Source: Candidatus Daviesbacteria bacterium (GTDB taxonomy: Bacteria; Patescibacteriota; Microgenomatia; Daviesbacterales; UBA10151). Taken from it: a stretch of 64,000 nucleotides of DNA. Where the stretch lies: contig JAQTZF010000001.1 in NCBI GenBank assembly GCA_028687915.1, forward strand, positions 290,634 through 354,633, in the 5' to 3' direction. A model generated the notes under the pieces. It searched no databases. It saw nothing but the letters and a program-made list of their open reading frames with translations, and was not told the DNA's origin. Positions 1-9,907 of the stretch are shown here, one piece after another (position 1 is the stretch's first letter; every line of letters starts with the position of its first letter). A program made the position numbers and the translations under genes.

Positions 1-2
1 AA

Positions 3-137
3 GATAAAAATTTTCCTATATTACAAATTAATGAACTTGGACATTATGTTAAGAATTATACTTTCCCTTCAGGGATAGAAATTGAACTAGATGCTGAAAA
101 TAAAACTATTATTGCTTTAGAAGATTGCGTTTCCTAA
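3..137 (+). CDS. C-terminal fragment of a probable S66 (LD-carboxypeptidase-like) peptidase; gene starts before the window
   Basis: Frame reads DKNFPILQINELGHYVKNYTFPSGIEIELDAENKTIIALEDCVS*, resembling the GH...P.G..veld C-terminus of S66 peptidases; only 44 aa visible. Confidence 0.5.
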   Translation, partial: DKNFPILQINELGHYVKNYTFPSGIEIELDAENKTIIALEDCVS

Positions 138-988
138 GTGTACTTTTTGAAGAGTTCGGATAGATTTCTTTGGGCAGATTGTTCCACCAATGGCTTATCT
201 TTTATTTGTGGAATTTCTGATTCATAAGAAGGCTTCTTTTCTTCATATAGAATACCTAATGCTATTTGTTTTGGACCCCATTCCATGGATTTCTTAAGTG
301 CTTCTACTTTATTAGTTACATCATAACTTTCATCAAGTTTATAAGTATTTTCCTGGAAAAATGGATGAGTATACTCCTTATTAAAAGTGACACATGGTTG
401 CAAAATATCAATTAAAGCAAAGCCATCATGATCGTTTGCTTTAATCATTAATTCTGTTAATCCTGGAATATCACCAGCATATCCCCGGGCAACAAAGGTA
501 GCTCCTGAGGCAATAGCTAAAGTAAGAGGGGAGATAGGATAATCTGGATTACCATCTGGAGTAGATTTTGTTTTAAAGCCATGAGGAGAAGTTGGTGAAG
601 TTTGTCCAACTGTTAAGCCATAAATTGCATTGTCATGTAAGATAACAGTTATATTATGATTTCTTCTGCAGCTATGTACAAAATGATTGCCTCCTTCTGC
701 TAGGGAATCTCCGTCACCAGTAAAGACAAAAACATTTAAACGATTATTGGCCCCTTTAATTCCTGTGGCAACTGGTAAGGCGCGTCCATGTAATCCTTCA
801 ACAGAAGTAATTTTGGTGAAATTAATGATATGACCATGACAACCAATCCCAGCCACCATTGCTGTGTTAGTATTATCCCAGCCTTGTTTAACACAAGCAC
901 TTTTAAAAGCCCCCCAGATTGCAAAATCCCCACAACCAGGACACCAGTTTGGAGAGCAAGGTGTTACTAAATCTTCAGGTTTTGTCAT
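134..988 (-). CDS. 2-oxoacid:ferredoxin oxidoreductase beta subunit (TPP-binding)
   Basis: WCPGCGD, GIGCHG, GLHGRALP, GDGD TPP motif, DNAIYGLTVGQTSPT, QPCVTFN. Confidence 0.95.
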   Translation of the reverse strand: MTKPEDLVTPCSPNWCPGCGDFAIWGAFKSACVKQGWDNTNTAMVAGIGCHGHIINFTKITSVEGLHGRALPVATGIKGANNRLNVFVFTGDGDSLAEGGNHFVHSCRRNHNITVILHDNAIYGLTVGQTSPTSPHGFKTKSTPDGNPDYPISPLTLAIASGATFVARGYAGDIPGLTELMIKANDHDGFALIDILQPCVTFNKEYTHPFFQENTYKLDESYDVTNKVEALKKSMEWGPKQIALGILYEEKKPSYESEIPQIKDKPLVEQSAQRNLSELFKKYT

Positions 989-2709
989 ATTTTTAATAAA
1001 CTGTTTATTTTTTCTATTATCTCTTCAGGATAAATAGGACGTCCACTGTATTTTAATAGTTTATTAGTAATTAAAATACCTGTTTTTTCTCTAATAAGTT
1101 CAGCTAATTGTCCGGTAAAATTACATTCAATATCAAGTATGTTTTTGGCTGTATCTAAAACCTCTTTAACATCTGGTGGAAAAGGACTCATATGAGTAAT
1201 ATGCAAATAATTCACATTATCAAAATCTTTAATTGCCTGTAAAATAGCTCCTTTGTTTGATCCCCAGGAAACTATTGTTAAATCTGCATCATTTGCACCA
1301 AATAATTGTTGTTTCGGTAATTCTTTTACTAAAACATCCATTTTGCTCATTCGTTTTTCCATAGAAGCTTCACGAACTTCAATGCTTTCACTTGAGTAAC
1401 CAAAAGTATCATGTTCATCAGAATTACCTATAAAGAAATTTCCAACTCCAGGAATAGATCTTAGTGAGACACCATCAGGAGAAGGAGCAAATCTTTGATA
1501 GTTTGGAATTAGGTCTGTTGAAAACTTTCCTCTATCAATAGAGTTATCAGAGGGAGGGACTGGGATACTTTGATCACCCTCACAAATATTTTTATCTACT
1601 AATAATATTACAGGAGATTGATATTTATCTGCTAAATCAAAACATTGTTTAGTTAGATCATAACTTTCCTGTGCATCTCCTGCTGCAAGTACTATTCTTG
1701 GGAAATCACCCTGGTGAGCATGAAGTACTAAATGTAGGTCTCCTTGGTCGCTCCAGGTGGGTACACCTGTTGCAGGTCCTGGTCGCATTCCTTCAACAAT
1801 TACCAGAGGAGTTTCAATATTGGCAGCTAACCCATATCCTTCAGACATTAAACAAAAACCACCGCCAGATGTGGCGACCATTGATCTACATCCGGCAAAA
1901 GATGCTCCTATTGCCATATTAATAGCAGCAATTTCATCTTCTGGTTGTTTGTAAATGAAATTATACTTTTCTTGATTTTCTGCTAAGACTGTTAAAATAT
2001 TAGAAGTAGGGGTCATAGGATAAATAGCAGCATATTGTAAACCTGAGGCAATAGAACTTAAGGCGATTGCTTCATTTCCATTAACAATCATCTTTGTTTC
2101 AATATCTGATAATGGTTTTAAAGATTCTTTAATTTTATCCTGAAAGTTGCTGTGGACATAATCATAAGAGACCTTGGCAACTTTTTGATTTAAAGCAATC
2201 ATTTCTGCACCAGCATTGGCATAATCCTGACTAATTAAATCATTTAAAATTTGTAAATCACCACTGTGTAAGGCAACTGTTGCTCCCATGGCTGCAGTAT
2301 TTAACATTAATTTACTGCCACCTGCTGTACTAACTAATTCCTGAAAAGGAATTGGAAGAAGGGTAATATCACTATTTATTTTTGAAGTATCAAAGTCTTC
2401 TGTGTTATCAAATAAAATACTAGAACCAGGAACTAATTCACCATGGTGTTCATCAATAGTTTCCTGATTTAGGGCAATAAGAAAGTTAGTGTATTGTTGG
2501 GGAGCAGCTACTTCTTCTTGGCTGATACAGATTTGCATGATATTGTGTCCTCCCCGAACGAGTGAAGGGTATTCGGTATAGGTATAAATATTGTAGCCTG
2601 AGCGGGTAGCAACTTTGGCCAACATCAAACCAGCGGATTTAATTCCTTGTCCTGCTTGACCACCAATTTTAAGACTGAATATTTGCATTCGAGGATTAAA
2701 ATTTACCAT
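985..2709 (-). CDS. 2-oxoacid:ferredoxin oxidoreductase alpha subunit (gamma-alpha fusion type)
   Basis: IGGQAGQG, YPSLVRGGH, GNEAIA, YPMTP, EDEIAA, TSGGGF, RPGPATGVPT; true start probably 2709 or 2688 rather than 2781. Confidence 0.95.
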   Translation of the reverse strand: MVNFNPRMQIFSLKIGGQAGQGIKSAGLMLAKVATRSGYNIYTYTEYPSLVRGGHNIMQICISQEEVAAPQQYTNFLIALNQETIDEHHGELVPGSSILFDNTEDFDTSKINSDITLLPIPFQELVSTAGGSKLMLNTAAMGATVALHSGDLQILNDLISQDYANAGAEMIALNQKVAKVSYDYVHSNFQDKIKESLKPLSDIETKMIVNGNEAIALSSIASGLQYAAIYPMTPTSNILTVLAENQEKYNFIYKQPEDEIAAINMAIGASFAGCRSMVATSGGGFCLMSEGYGLAANIETPLVIVEGMRPGPATGVPTWSDQGDLHLVLHAHQGDFPRIVLAAGDAQESYDLTKQCFDLADKYQSPVILLVDKNICEGDQSIPVPPSDNSIDRGKFSTDLIPNYQRFAPSPDGVSLRSIPGVGNFFIGNSDEHDTFGYSSESIEVREASMEKRMSKMDVLVKELPKQQLFGANDADLTIVSWGSNKGAILQAIKDFDNVNYLHITHMSPFPPDVKEVLDTAKNILDIECNFTGQLAELIREKTGILITNKLLKYSGRPIYPEEIIEKINSLLKI

Positions 2710-2710
2710 A

Positions 2711-5587
2711 TTAAAGTTTTTCTGTATAGATGCGTTCTTTTTTGATATTGCGTGATAATAAAATTTTACTTGCTGCATCAATCATTTGTATATTCCCACA
2801 AAGATAAGCGGCACAATCACTGGCGTCTGTAATATCTTGTTCAATAAGTTGGGTAATAAAACCTGAAGGACCATGCCAGCTATTATCTGGTTTCCAGATA
2901 GCAATTTTAAATTTAAAGTTAGGATAATCTAAAGAAAGTTTTTGAAAATAATCATCCCAAAATAAATCATAAGGATAACTTAAACCAAAATATAAAGTTA
3001 TAGGTATGGTACTACCATGTTCTTTTAACGCAGAATCAATTTGATATCTGAGTGGGGCTATGCCGGATCCGGTTCCCAAAAAAAGTAAGCGTTTAGCACC
3101 ATCTTCTAAATTTAAAGTAAAATTTCCAAAAGGTCCTAAGTATGTAATTTCTTCACCTACTTTAATTTTTTCAAAGTACTGTGAACCTAATCCTCTGGGT
3201 TTAATATCAATTAGTAAATTAAATCTGTTTGGTTTTGAATGAGCCACTATGGAATATGCATTTATTTTTGTTGGGGTAACTTTAACACTAATATATTGAC
3301 CTGGTATAAAAGTTAATGGTTTTGCCGTTTCAAATTCTAATGAATGGTATGTACTGGCTAATATATCATGACTAATAACTTTAGCTGTTTGAAATTGTAT
3401 TCCAATAGCTGGTTTGGTGATTGCTGCTATCTCAGTTGCAGTTTTTGCTAAAAGTATTTTAGTATCAACTGCCCAGGCATTATCATGGGTTACTATTAAA
3501 GGATTAATTTCTACATCAGAAATATCTGGAATAACTTCTACTAATTTACAAAGACGGACGATAATTTCATATAATTTATTTAAGTCATAAGCTGTGTCTC
3601 CTCTATAGCCATTTAAAATCTTAGAAATTTTTGATCCTTCAACTAATGTTTTGGCTTTGTTGATATCTATTGGAAGCAAGCACAGATTACGGTCGGCGAT
3701 TAATTCTGCAAAAGTTCCTCCAGAACCAAATAGTAAGATTGGGCCAAAAACAGAATCATATTTAATACCAATAATTACTTCAACTCCTTTATCAATTTGC
3801 TTTTGAATTTGAATTTGAGTTTGTTTTTGAATATTTGCCTCAAGCTTTAATATACTTTGATTTATGATTTCCCAGTTTTTTTGTAGTTCTTCCTTGTTAT
3901 TTATATTGGTAACAACACCTCCAACATCTTTTTTGTGCAATAGTTGAGGTGAGGAAACCTTTAGCACAACAGGCCAACCTGATTGGTTGGCAAAATTTTC
4001 TGCTTCTTCAACTGTTCCTACAATTTGAGAAGGTGGAGTAGGGATGCCCATTAAAGAGGAAACTTGGTTTGCTTCTTCTGCATCTAAAGCTGGTAGATTT
4101 TTGGAAAGTGCTTTATCAATAATTTCTTGAATAGAAGTTATGTTTTTAGTGATATCAAAATTTGGTTTTACAATTGTGGTTTCTTGCTCCATTTGCCATT
4201 TTTTAAATTTCCACATAGTACTAATAGCATTAATTGCTCTTTCAGGAAAAAGAAAGGAGGGGATTTTATAATCATTTAGTTTTTTAAGCCCAATCGCAAT
4301 CATGTCCCCTCCAATAAATGAGGCAAAAATTGGTTTTTGGTATTTTTTGGACATATGACGCATTATTTCTGCTGTTTCTACAACTTCTGTCATTATCTGA
4401 GGGGTAAGAATAACTAATACACAATCAACATTGCTGCATTGTAATACTGCGTCTAAAGCAGACTGAAATCTTTCTGCTAATGCGTCTCCTAAAACATCAA
4501 CTGGATTGTGAATATTGGCGGATTTAGGCAAGCTTTGTGCTAATAGATTTTTTGTTTGCTCATCAAATTGTGCTAATTCTAAACCAGCTCCAATTACAGC
4601 ATCTGTAGATAGTACTCCTGGTCCCCCAGCATTGGAAACAATGGCAATTTTTGGTCCCATTGGTAAATTTTCCCATGAAAATGCACGAGATAAATCAAAA
4701 AAGTCTTCTAAAGTATTAGCACGAATTATATGTGATTCTTTTAAGACTTCTTCTAAAACATTATCAGCTCCAGCAATGGCTCCAGTGTGGGAGTGCATGG
4801 CAGAGGCAGCTGCTTCAGATTTACCTGGTTTTAAAATAAAGATGGGGTCTTTTTTGGATATTTGTTTGGTTATTTCTAAAAATTTAGGACCATCTGTAAT
4901 TGATTCTAAATACATACCAATAGGACGGGATTTTGATAAGCCTTCAATTCTTTGTAATTGATCTGTTTCCAGACTACTTTGAAAGTATTCTAGGATATCA
5001 TTTTCGTTAATATCTGCTTTATTGCCCAAAGTAATAAAATCACTAAAACCAAGTCCTGCTGTTTTTGACCAGTCAAAAAGAGATGAGGCAATGGCTCCTG
5101 ATTGTGAAATAAACCTGGCATTTCCTACAATATCAACCATTTCACCAAAGGTAGCATTAATTGGACATAAATTATTCACAAATCCTAAACAATTTGGCCC
5201 CAATATATTAATGCCAAATTTTTTGGCAGTTTCACATAGATCATTTTCTAACTTTACTCCATCAGGGCCAGCTTCCTTAAACCCAGCTGCGATTGTTAAG
5301 ACATTTTTTATTCCTTTTTCTCCAATTTGATTTAAAACCTCCAGATTTTTAGATGCTGGAATAGCAATAATTGCTAAATCTGGAATTTCTGGTAAATCGG
5401 AAACACTTTTATAACATTTAAGTCCTTGTACTATTTCTGAACCTGGATTAATTGGGTAAATTTGTCCACTAAATTTAGAATTAATAATATTTTTCAAGAT
5501 TATTGAACCTACTTTATTTGGGGTATCTGAGGCACCAACTATAGCTACAGATTTAGGATTAAAAAGGGCAGATAAATTTCTGGGCAT
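2711..5587 (-). CDS. ADP-forming acetate/acyl-CoA ligase (alpha+beta fused) with a C-terminal ferredoxin-NADP-reductase-like FAD/NAD domain
   Basis: LFNPKSVAIVGAS, GPNCLG, SHTGAIAG (phospho-His), HKKDVGGV, EINPL; last ~225 aa has FIPGQY, AYSI, GPFGNF, GTGSGIAP, YLCGN, IYTEK. Confidence 0.9.
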   Translation of the reverse strand: MPRNLSALFNPKSVAIVGASDTPNKVGSIILKNIINSKFSGQIYPINPGSEIVQGLKCYKSVSDLPEIPDLAIIAIPASKNLEVLNQIGEKGIKNVLTIAAGFKEAGPDGVKLENDLCETAKKFGINILGPNCLGFVNNLCPINATFGEMVDIVGNARFISQSGAIASSLFDWSKTAGLGFSDFITLGNKADINENDILEYFQSSLETDQLQRIEGLSKSRPIGMYLESITDGPKFLEITKQISKKDPIFILKPGKSEAAASAMHSHTGAIAGADNVLEEVLKESHIIRANTLEDFFDLSRAFSWENLPMGPKIAIVSNAGGPGVLSTDAVIGAGLELAQFDEQTKNLLAQSLPKSANIHNPVDVLGDALAERFQSALDAVLQCSNVDCVLVILTPQIMTEVVETAEIMRHMSKKYQKPIFASFIGGDMIAIGLKKLNDYKIPSFLFPERAINAISTMWKFKKWQMEQETTIVKPNFDITKNITSIQEIIDKALSKNLPALDAEEANQVSSLMGIPTPPSQIVGTVEEAENFANQSGWPVVLKVSSPQLLHKKDVGGVVTNINNKEELQKNWEIINQSILKLEANIQKQTQIQIQKQIDKGVEVIIGIKYDSVFGPILLFGSGGTFAELIADRNLCLLPIDINKAKTLVEGSKISKILNGYRGDTAYDLNKLYEIIVRLCKLVEVIPDISDVEINPLIVTHDNAWAVDTKILLAKTATEIAAITKPAIGIQFQTAKVISHDILASTYHSLEFETAKPLTFIPGQYISVKVTPTKINAYSIVAHSKPNRFNLLIDIKPRGLGSQYFEKIKVGEEITYLGPFGNFTLNLEDGAKRLLFLGTGSGIAPLRYQIDSALKEHGSTIPITLYFGLSYPYDLFWDDYFQKLSLDYPNFKFKIAIWKPDNSWHGPSGFITQLIEQDITDASDCAAYLCGNIQMIDAASKILLSRNIKKERIYTEKL

Positions 5588-5702
5588 AAAGTTAGTTTAG
5601 TTGATTTATAAGCCTATTATCAAGCATGTACAAAGAATTTGTGTTTTAATATTAGTAGGTCGCCTTCGTTATAACTCCGGCAGACCAAAGGAGGTGATAT
5701 TA

Positions 5703-5969
5703 ATGAAATTAGATCAAGTTAAAACAGCTTTATCCGTTGGGATATTTACGGCAGTAGCGCATATTGGTTGGTCCTTTTTAGTTTGGATGCAATTAGCTCA
5801 GTCACTTATGGATAAGATTTATGAATTACATTTCTTAAATAACCCATTTAATGTTTTAAGCTTTGATATAACTACAGCTGCAACACTTGCAGCAGTAACA
5901 TTTGTTATTGGAGGTGTTTTGGGTTGGTTTTTTGCAATTATTTGGAACCAACTAGTAGGTAAAAAATAA
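5703..5969 (+). CDS. small two-TM membrane protein (DUF5676-like)
   Basis: GGAGGTG SD before ATG 5703; two hydrophobic helices ending GWFFAIIWN. Confidence 0.6.
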   Translation: MKLDQVKTALSVGIFTAVAHIGWSFLVWMQLAQSLMDKIYELHFLNNPFNVLSFDITTAATLAAVTFVIGGVLGWFFAIIWNQLVGKK

Positions 5970-6051
5970 AATTTATTTGTAGTATGAAAAATTATGCTTA
6001 TTTGATTCCTACTTTGTTTTGTCGAACCTGAATGCTAGAATGCAGTGATTC

Positions 6052-6123
6052 CGGGGTGTAGTTCATCGGCAGAACGCTGGGCTGGGGGTCCAGATGCAGC
6101 AGGTTCAATTCCTGTCACCCCGA
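6052..6123 (+). tRNA. tRNA-Pro (GGG), CCA not encoded
   Basis: Acceptor CGGGGTG/CACCCCG, D arm GTTC/GAAC, anticodon arm CTGGG-CTGGGGG-TCCAG, T arm GCAGG-TTCAATT-CCTGT. Confidence 0.93.
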
Positions 6124-6147
6124 CAGCTAAATTTGTTATAAATTATT

Positions 6148-6372
6148 ATGGAAGTTGACTATAATACCCTTTTAGAAAAAGCTAAAGAATTTACCAGAAA
6201 AGGAATTTCTTGGCACCATCATTATTTACCGCCCGAATGTATATTAATTGATGTGGATAAACACATAATTATATTGGAGTGCGAGAATCAAAAGTGGCAA
6301 ACTAATTTTGAAGAGAAGCCTATGGAGCAATTAGAGCAGTTAGAAAATATTTTTTTCAAACGACAAAAGTAG
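6148..6372 (+). CDS. hypothetical protein
   Basis: 74 aa ORF just after a TATAAA -10-like box; WHHHYL motif. Confidence 0.6.
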   Translation: MEVDYNTLLEKAKEFTRKGISWHHHYLPPECILIDVDKHIIILECENQKWQTNFEEKPMEQLEQLENIFFKRQK

Positions 6373-6406
6373 TATTTTAGCATTGCACATCTTATAATTC
6401 CATTTA

Positions 6407-6928
6407 ATGATAGTTGCTGTTGGTTCTACAAACCCTACAAAAATACAACCTGTTGAGGAGATTTTTTCTCAACATTTTAAGAATATAAAAATAAAAGGTG
6501 TTTCTGTAGAGTCAGGTGTAGCTGATCAGCCGCAAAGCGATGAAGAAACTTATTTGGGGGCCCTAAATAGAGCGAAAAGTGCATTAAGCAAAGTTAAGGG
6601 GGCAAAATATGGAGTGGGGATTGAGGGCGGTTTACATAAACACAGTTATGGGTGGTTTGAAAGATCAATGGTAGTAATAGTTGATAAAAAAGGGAATATT
6701 GGAGTAGGAGCATCAGGTGGTTTAGTTTTGCCGAATTCTGTAATGGAAAAAGTAGAGCAGGGGAAAAACCTTGAACAAGCAATAGATGAGCTTTTTGGTA
6801 CTACTAAAATTGGACAAGGAATTGGGATGTTCGGAATCCTAACAAAAGGAGTGGTTACCAGGTCCGAGGGAGTTCGTCATGGTGTTGCTTTTGCGCTTGC
6901 CCGATTTCTTCATAAATCTCTTTATTAA
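6407..6928 (+). CDS. yjjX: inosine/xanthosine triphosphatase (YjjX/DUF84 family)
   Basis: VGSTNPTK, SGVADQP, GALNRA, GIEGG, GMFGILT. Confidence 0.9.
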   Translation: MIVAVGSTNPTKIQPVEEIFSQHFKNIKIKGVSVESGVADQPQSDEETYLGALNRAKSALSKVKGAKYGVGIEGGLHKHSYGWFERSMVVIVDKKGNIGVGASGGLVLPNSVMEKVEQGKNLEQAIDELFGTTKIGQGIGMFGILTKGVVTRSEGVRHGVAFALARFLHKSLY

Positions 6929-6930
6929 AA

Positions 6931-7362
6931 ATGAAAAACAACGATGATCAGAAAATTTTATTGGAAGTAGGAGTTAAGATTTTTTTGTACTCTGAATTAG
7001 GAAAGTTTTTATTTTTAAAAAGGTCAGCTCCTTATAGTGGGCAAAAAATTTGTAAATGGGATTTACCAGGAGGAAGAATTAAACCAGGTGAAAAGACAGA
7101 AAAGGCTTTGAAGAGGGAAGTAAGGGAAGAAACAGGTCTAGCTTTAGAAAAAATTGAAAAAGTATTAGCAGTACAGGATATTTTAAGGGTTAAGGAAAAG
7201 CATATAGTTAGAATAACATTTTTGGGAAAGTGTAAGTTGGGAAAAATAAAGTTAGATAGTAGGGAACATAGTGAATATAAATGGCTAAATTTAAATGAAT
7301 TAAAAAAATATAAAGTAGATTTATATTTATCTCCAGTAATTAAGCAATTGCTTGATGAATAG
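6931..7362 (+). CDS. NUDIX hydrolase
   Basis: Nudix box GGRIKPGEKTEKALKREVREETGL; SREHSEYKW. Confidence 0.9.
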   Translation: MKNNDDQKILLEVGVKIFLYSELGKFLFLKRSAPYSGQKICKWDLPGGRIKPGEKTEKALKREVREETGLALEKIEKVLAVQDILRVKEKHIVRITFLGKCKLGKIKLDSREHSEYKWLNLNELKKYKVDLYLSPVIKQLLDE

Positions 7363-7397
7363 TAATTATTTTTTTTACTCCCCTTTTTGGACTATAT

Positions 7398-7412
7398 CTA
7401 TGTATCCATACA
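7398..7412. promoter_or_regulatory. operator candidate CTATGTATCCATACA (palindromic core) upstream of recA
   Basis: TGTAT-CC-ATACA dyad; identical 15-mer at 13679-13693. Confidence 0.6.
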
Positions 7413-7438
7413 CCAAAACAGTAGTTAAAAATGATATA

Positions 7439-7466
7439 TTGACATACTTTCGGGTTTTGTTATTAT
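7439..7466 (+). promoter_or_regulatory. sigma70-type recA promoter, probably leaderless transcript
   Basis: TTGACA 7439-7444, 16-bp spacer, TGn-TATTAT 7461-7466, ATG at 7473. Confidence 0.6.
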
Positions 7467-7472
7467 AAGTAA

Positions 7473-8540
7473 ATGTCAGATAACGGGGAAGCAAAAAAAT
7501 CAGCTATTTTAACTGCAATGGCTCAAATCCAAAAGGCTTATGGAAGTGGTTCTATTATGAGGCTTGGTGAAAGAGCTGAAAAAATGACTACAGAAGTTAT
7601 TTCAACTGGCTCTATTGCTTTGGATTTAGCTCTTGGAATTGGTGGTCTGCCAAAAGGCAGAATTATAGAAATATATGGTCCAGAAGCTTCCGGAAAAACT
7701 ACTGTTTGTTTGCATGTTATTGCAGAAGCACAGAAAAAAGGTGGCACAGCTGCTTTCATTGATGCAGAACATGCACTTGATCCTCAAAGAGCTCAAAGAT
7801 TAGGTGTAAATTTAGATGATTTATTAATCTCTCAACCAGATACTGGTGAACAAGCTTTAGAAATAGCTGAAACCCTGATTAGATCCGGTGGAATTGATGT
7901 GCTTGTTATTGATTCTGTTGCAGCTTTGGTACCAAAAGCAGAAATAGAAGGTGAAATGGGAGATTCAGTTATGGGTATGCAGGCCAGATTAATGTCACAG
8001 GCTCTTCGTAAGTTAACAGGGGCAATATCTAACACCAATACCATCTGTATTTTTACTAACCAACTAAGACAAAAAATTGGTGTAATGTTTGGTAATCCTG
8101 AAACAACAACAGGCGGTTTGGCTTTAAAGTTCTATGCTTCTGTAAGGCTTGATATCAGAAAAATAGAAAATATTAAACAAGGCGATTTGGTAGTTGGATC
8201 TCGTCACCGGGTTAAAGTTGTAAAAAATAAAATGGCTCCCCCATTCCGCATTGCTGAATTTGATATGGACCAAAATGGTGTTTCACACGAAGGAGAATTG
8301 CTGGATGTAGGAGTAGAGTTAGGAATCTTAACTAAATCAGGATCTTTTATTAAATGGGCTGATGTAATGTTGGGACAAGGCAGACAGGCAGCCATTACAA
8401 CTTTGAAAGAAGATAAAAAGATGTCAGAAAAGTTGGATAAAGATATTAGAGAGGCCTGGTTAAAACAATCTTCTGGTAAAGAGCTAGTAGTAGGAAAAGA
8501 AGAATCTGAAGATGGTGCTGAAATTCCAGCAGCAGTTTAG
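7473..8540 (+). CDS. recA: recombinase RecA
   Basis: [49 protein letters not shown]. Confidence 0.99.
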   Translation: MSDNGEAKKSAILTAMAQIQKAYGSGSIMRLGERAEKMTTEVISTGSIALDLALGIGGLPKGRIIEIYGPEASGKTTVCLHVIAEAQKKGGTAAFIDAEHALDPQRAQRLGVNLDDLLISQPDTGEQALEIAETLIRSGGIDVLVIDSVAALVPKAEIEGEMGDSVMGMQARLMSQALRKLTGAISNTNTICIFTNQLRQKIGVMFGNPETTTGGLALKFYASVRLDIRKIENIKQGDLVVGSRHRVKVVKNKMAPPFRIAEFDMDQNGVSHEGELLDVGVELGILTKSGSFIKWADVMLGQGRQAAITTLKEDKKMSEKLDKDIREAWLKQSSGKELVVGKEESEDGAEIPAAV

Positions 8541-9053
8541 TTATTTATAGTAACTCCGGATTTTATAAAGAATATAAAGGTAAGCAATAGTTATTATTGT
8601 ATAAATGTTTATCAACCCATAGCTTGGATTAAAAGAACCATACACACGGATTAAGCCCCAAGGGTCACTTATAGCATAGTTTTTTAATAAACCGAGAAAC
8701 ATGGTAAATACAAGGACAGCCCAGGAAAAACGCCATCTTTTCAATAAACCAATAATAAAAATAATCTCTACAACCATAACCACTGTGCCTGCGATTACGA
8801 CGAAAACTTCAGGTCCGATACTCTTTAAGAGAAAGAGCCAGATTGAATCTAAGATAGGTGCAACAACGTCGCCTGTCGCAGTAAAAGGACTAATTATTCT
8901 TTCCTTCATGAAAAAAGAATATATTTGAATTGGAAAAGGACGGATAACAAACTGAGATTGTATTAAGATAAATTCCAATAAATAGTAAAATCCCAAAACT
9001 TTTACTACAAGTATTTTCCAATCTTGGGTTGAGGTTTTAACTTTTTTGGACAT
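8541..9053 (-). CDS. hypothetical membrane protein
   Basis: 170 aa with about four hydrophobic segments. Confidence 0.65.
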   Translation of the reverse strand: MSKKVKTSTQDWKILVVKVLGFYYLLEFILIQSQFVIRPFPIQIYSFFMKERIISPFTATGDVVAPILDSIWLFLLKSIGPEVFVVIAGTVVMVVEIIFIIGLLKRWRFSWAVLVFTMFLGLLKNYAISDPWGLIRVYGSFNPSYGLINIYTIITIAYLYILYKIRSYYK

Positions 9054-9110
9054 TAAATAAAGTATATGTGAATTTTGTTTATTTACAAGTAGCTGATAGA
9101 ATTGATTTGC

Positions 9111-9770
9111 ATGTTAACCATCACCTCTGTTGAACCTCAGAAAAAAAATCTCAAACGTTTTAATATTTTTTTGGATGGGAAATTTGCCTTTGGAGCAGAT
9201 GAAGATTTAATTGTTGATTATAGATTAGTGGTAGGAAAAATAATTCAAACAGAAGATTTAGAAAAATTATTATTTGAAGCAGAGGTGGGAAAATTAATGG
9301 AGAAAATGTATAACTGGTTTTGTTTTAGACAACATTCTGAAAAAGAAACAAGGGATTATTTAAAAAACCTTTCATTTAAGAGAAAACTAAAAGATTTGGA
9401 TGAAATTTCTGAGATGGTTACTTCCCTTTTAGTAGAAAGATTAAAGAAAAAAGGACTAATTAATGATTTGGAATTTGCCAAAGCCTGGGTAGATGCAAGA
9501 AGAAGAAGTAAGCAAAAAGGAATAAATGCAATAAAATCAGAACTTTATCAAAAAGGAATAGATAAGGAAATTATTGAAGAAGTTATTGTTCAAGCTTCTG
9601 AGGGTGACGAAGAAAATTTAGCAAAAATTGCTTTAGAGAAAAAGATAAATTCATGGAAGAATTTAGACGAAAAGAAAAGAAAGCAGAAAGCTTTTGAGTA
9701 TCTAATGAGAAAAGGATTTACCTATGATATTTCTAAAGAGGTAATTGAAAAATTGCTGAAAATGAGTTAA
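9111..9770 (+). CDS. recX: RecX regulatory protein
   Basis: RQHSEKE, GLINDLEFA, KSELYQKGI, YLMRKGF; near recA. Confidence 0.9.
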   Translation: MLTITSVEPQKKNLKRFNIFLDGKFAFGADEDLIVDYRLVVGKIIQTEDLEKLLFEAEVGKLMEKMYNWFCFRQHSEKETRDYLKNLSFKRKLKDLDEISEMVTSLLVERLKKKGLINDLEFAKAWVDARRRSKQKGINAIKSELYQKGIDKEIIEEVIVQASEGDEENLAKIALEKKINSWKNLDEKKRKQKAFEYLMRKGFTYDISKEVIEKLLKMS

Positions 9771-9907
9771 TATTACCTATAGTTTGTAAGAAACTTTAAA
9801 GCTTAAGGATAGATTGATGAAACAAATCAAACTACTAATTCTTAAATAACCATTTTGGTCTCCCCTATTTTTAGGGCAAGCTTTATTTCTCTTACATTTA
9901 TAAATAT

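Noticed and set aside
6052-6123. tRNA-Pro as prophage attachment site
   Set aside because: No duplicated 3' end seen; the prophage boundaries map to comM
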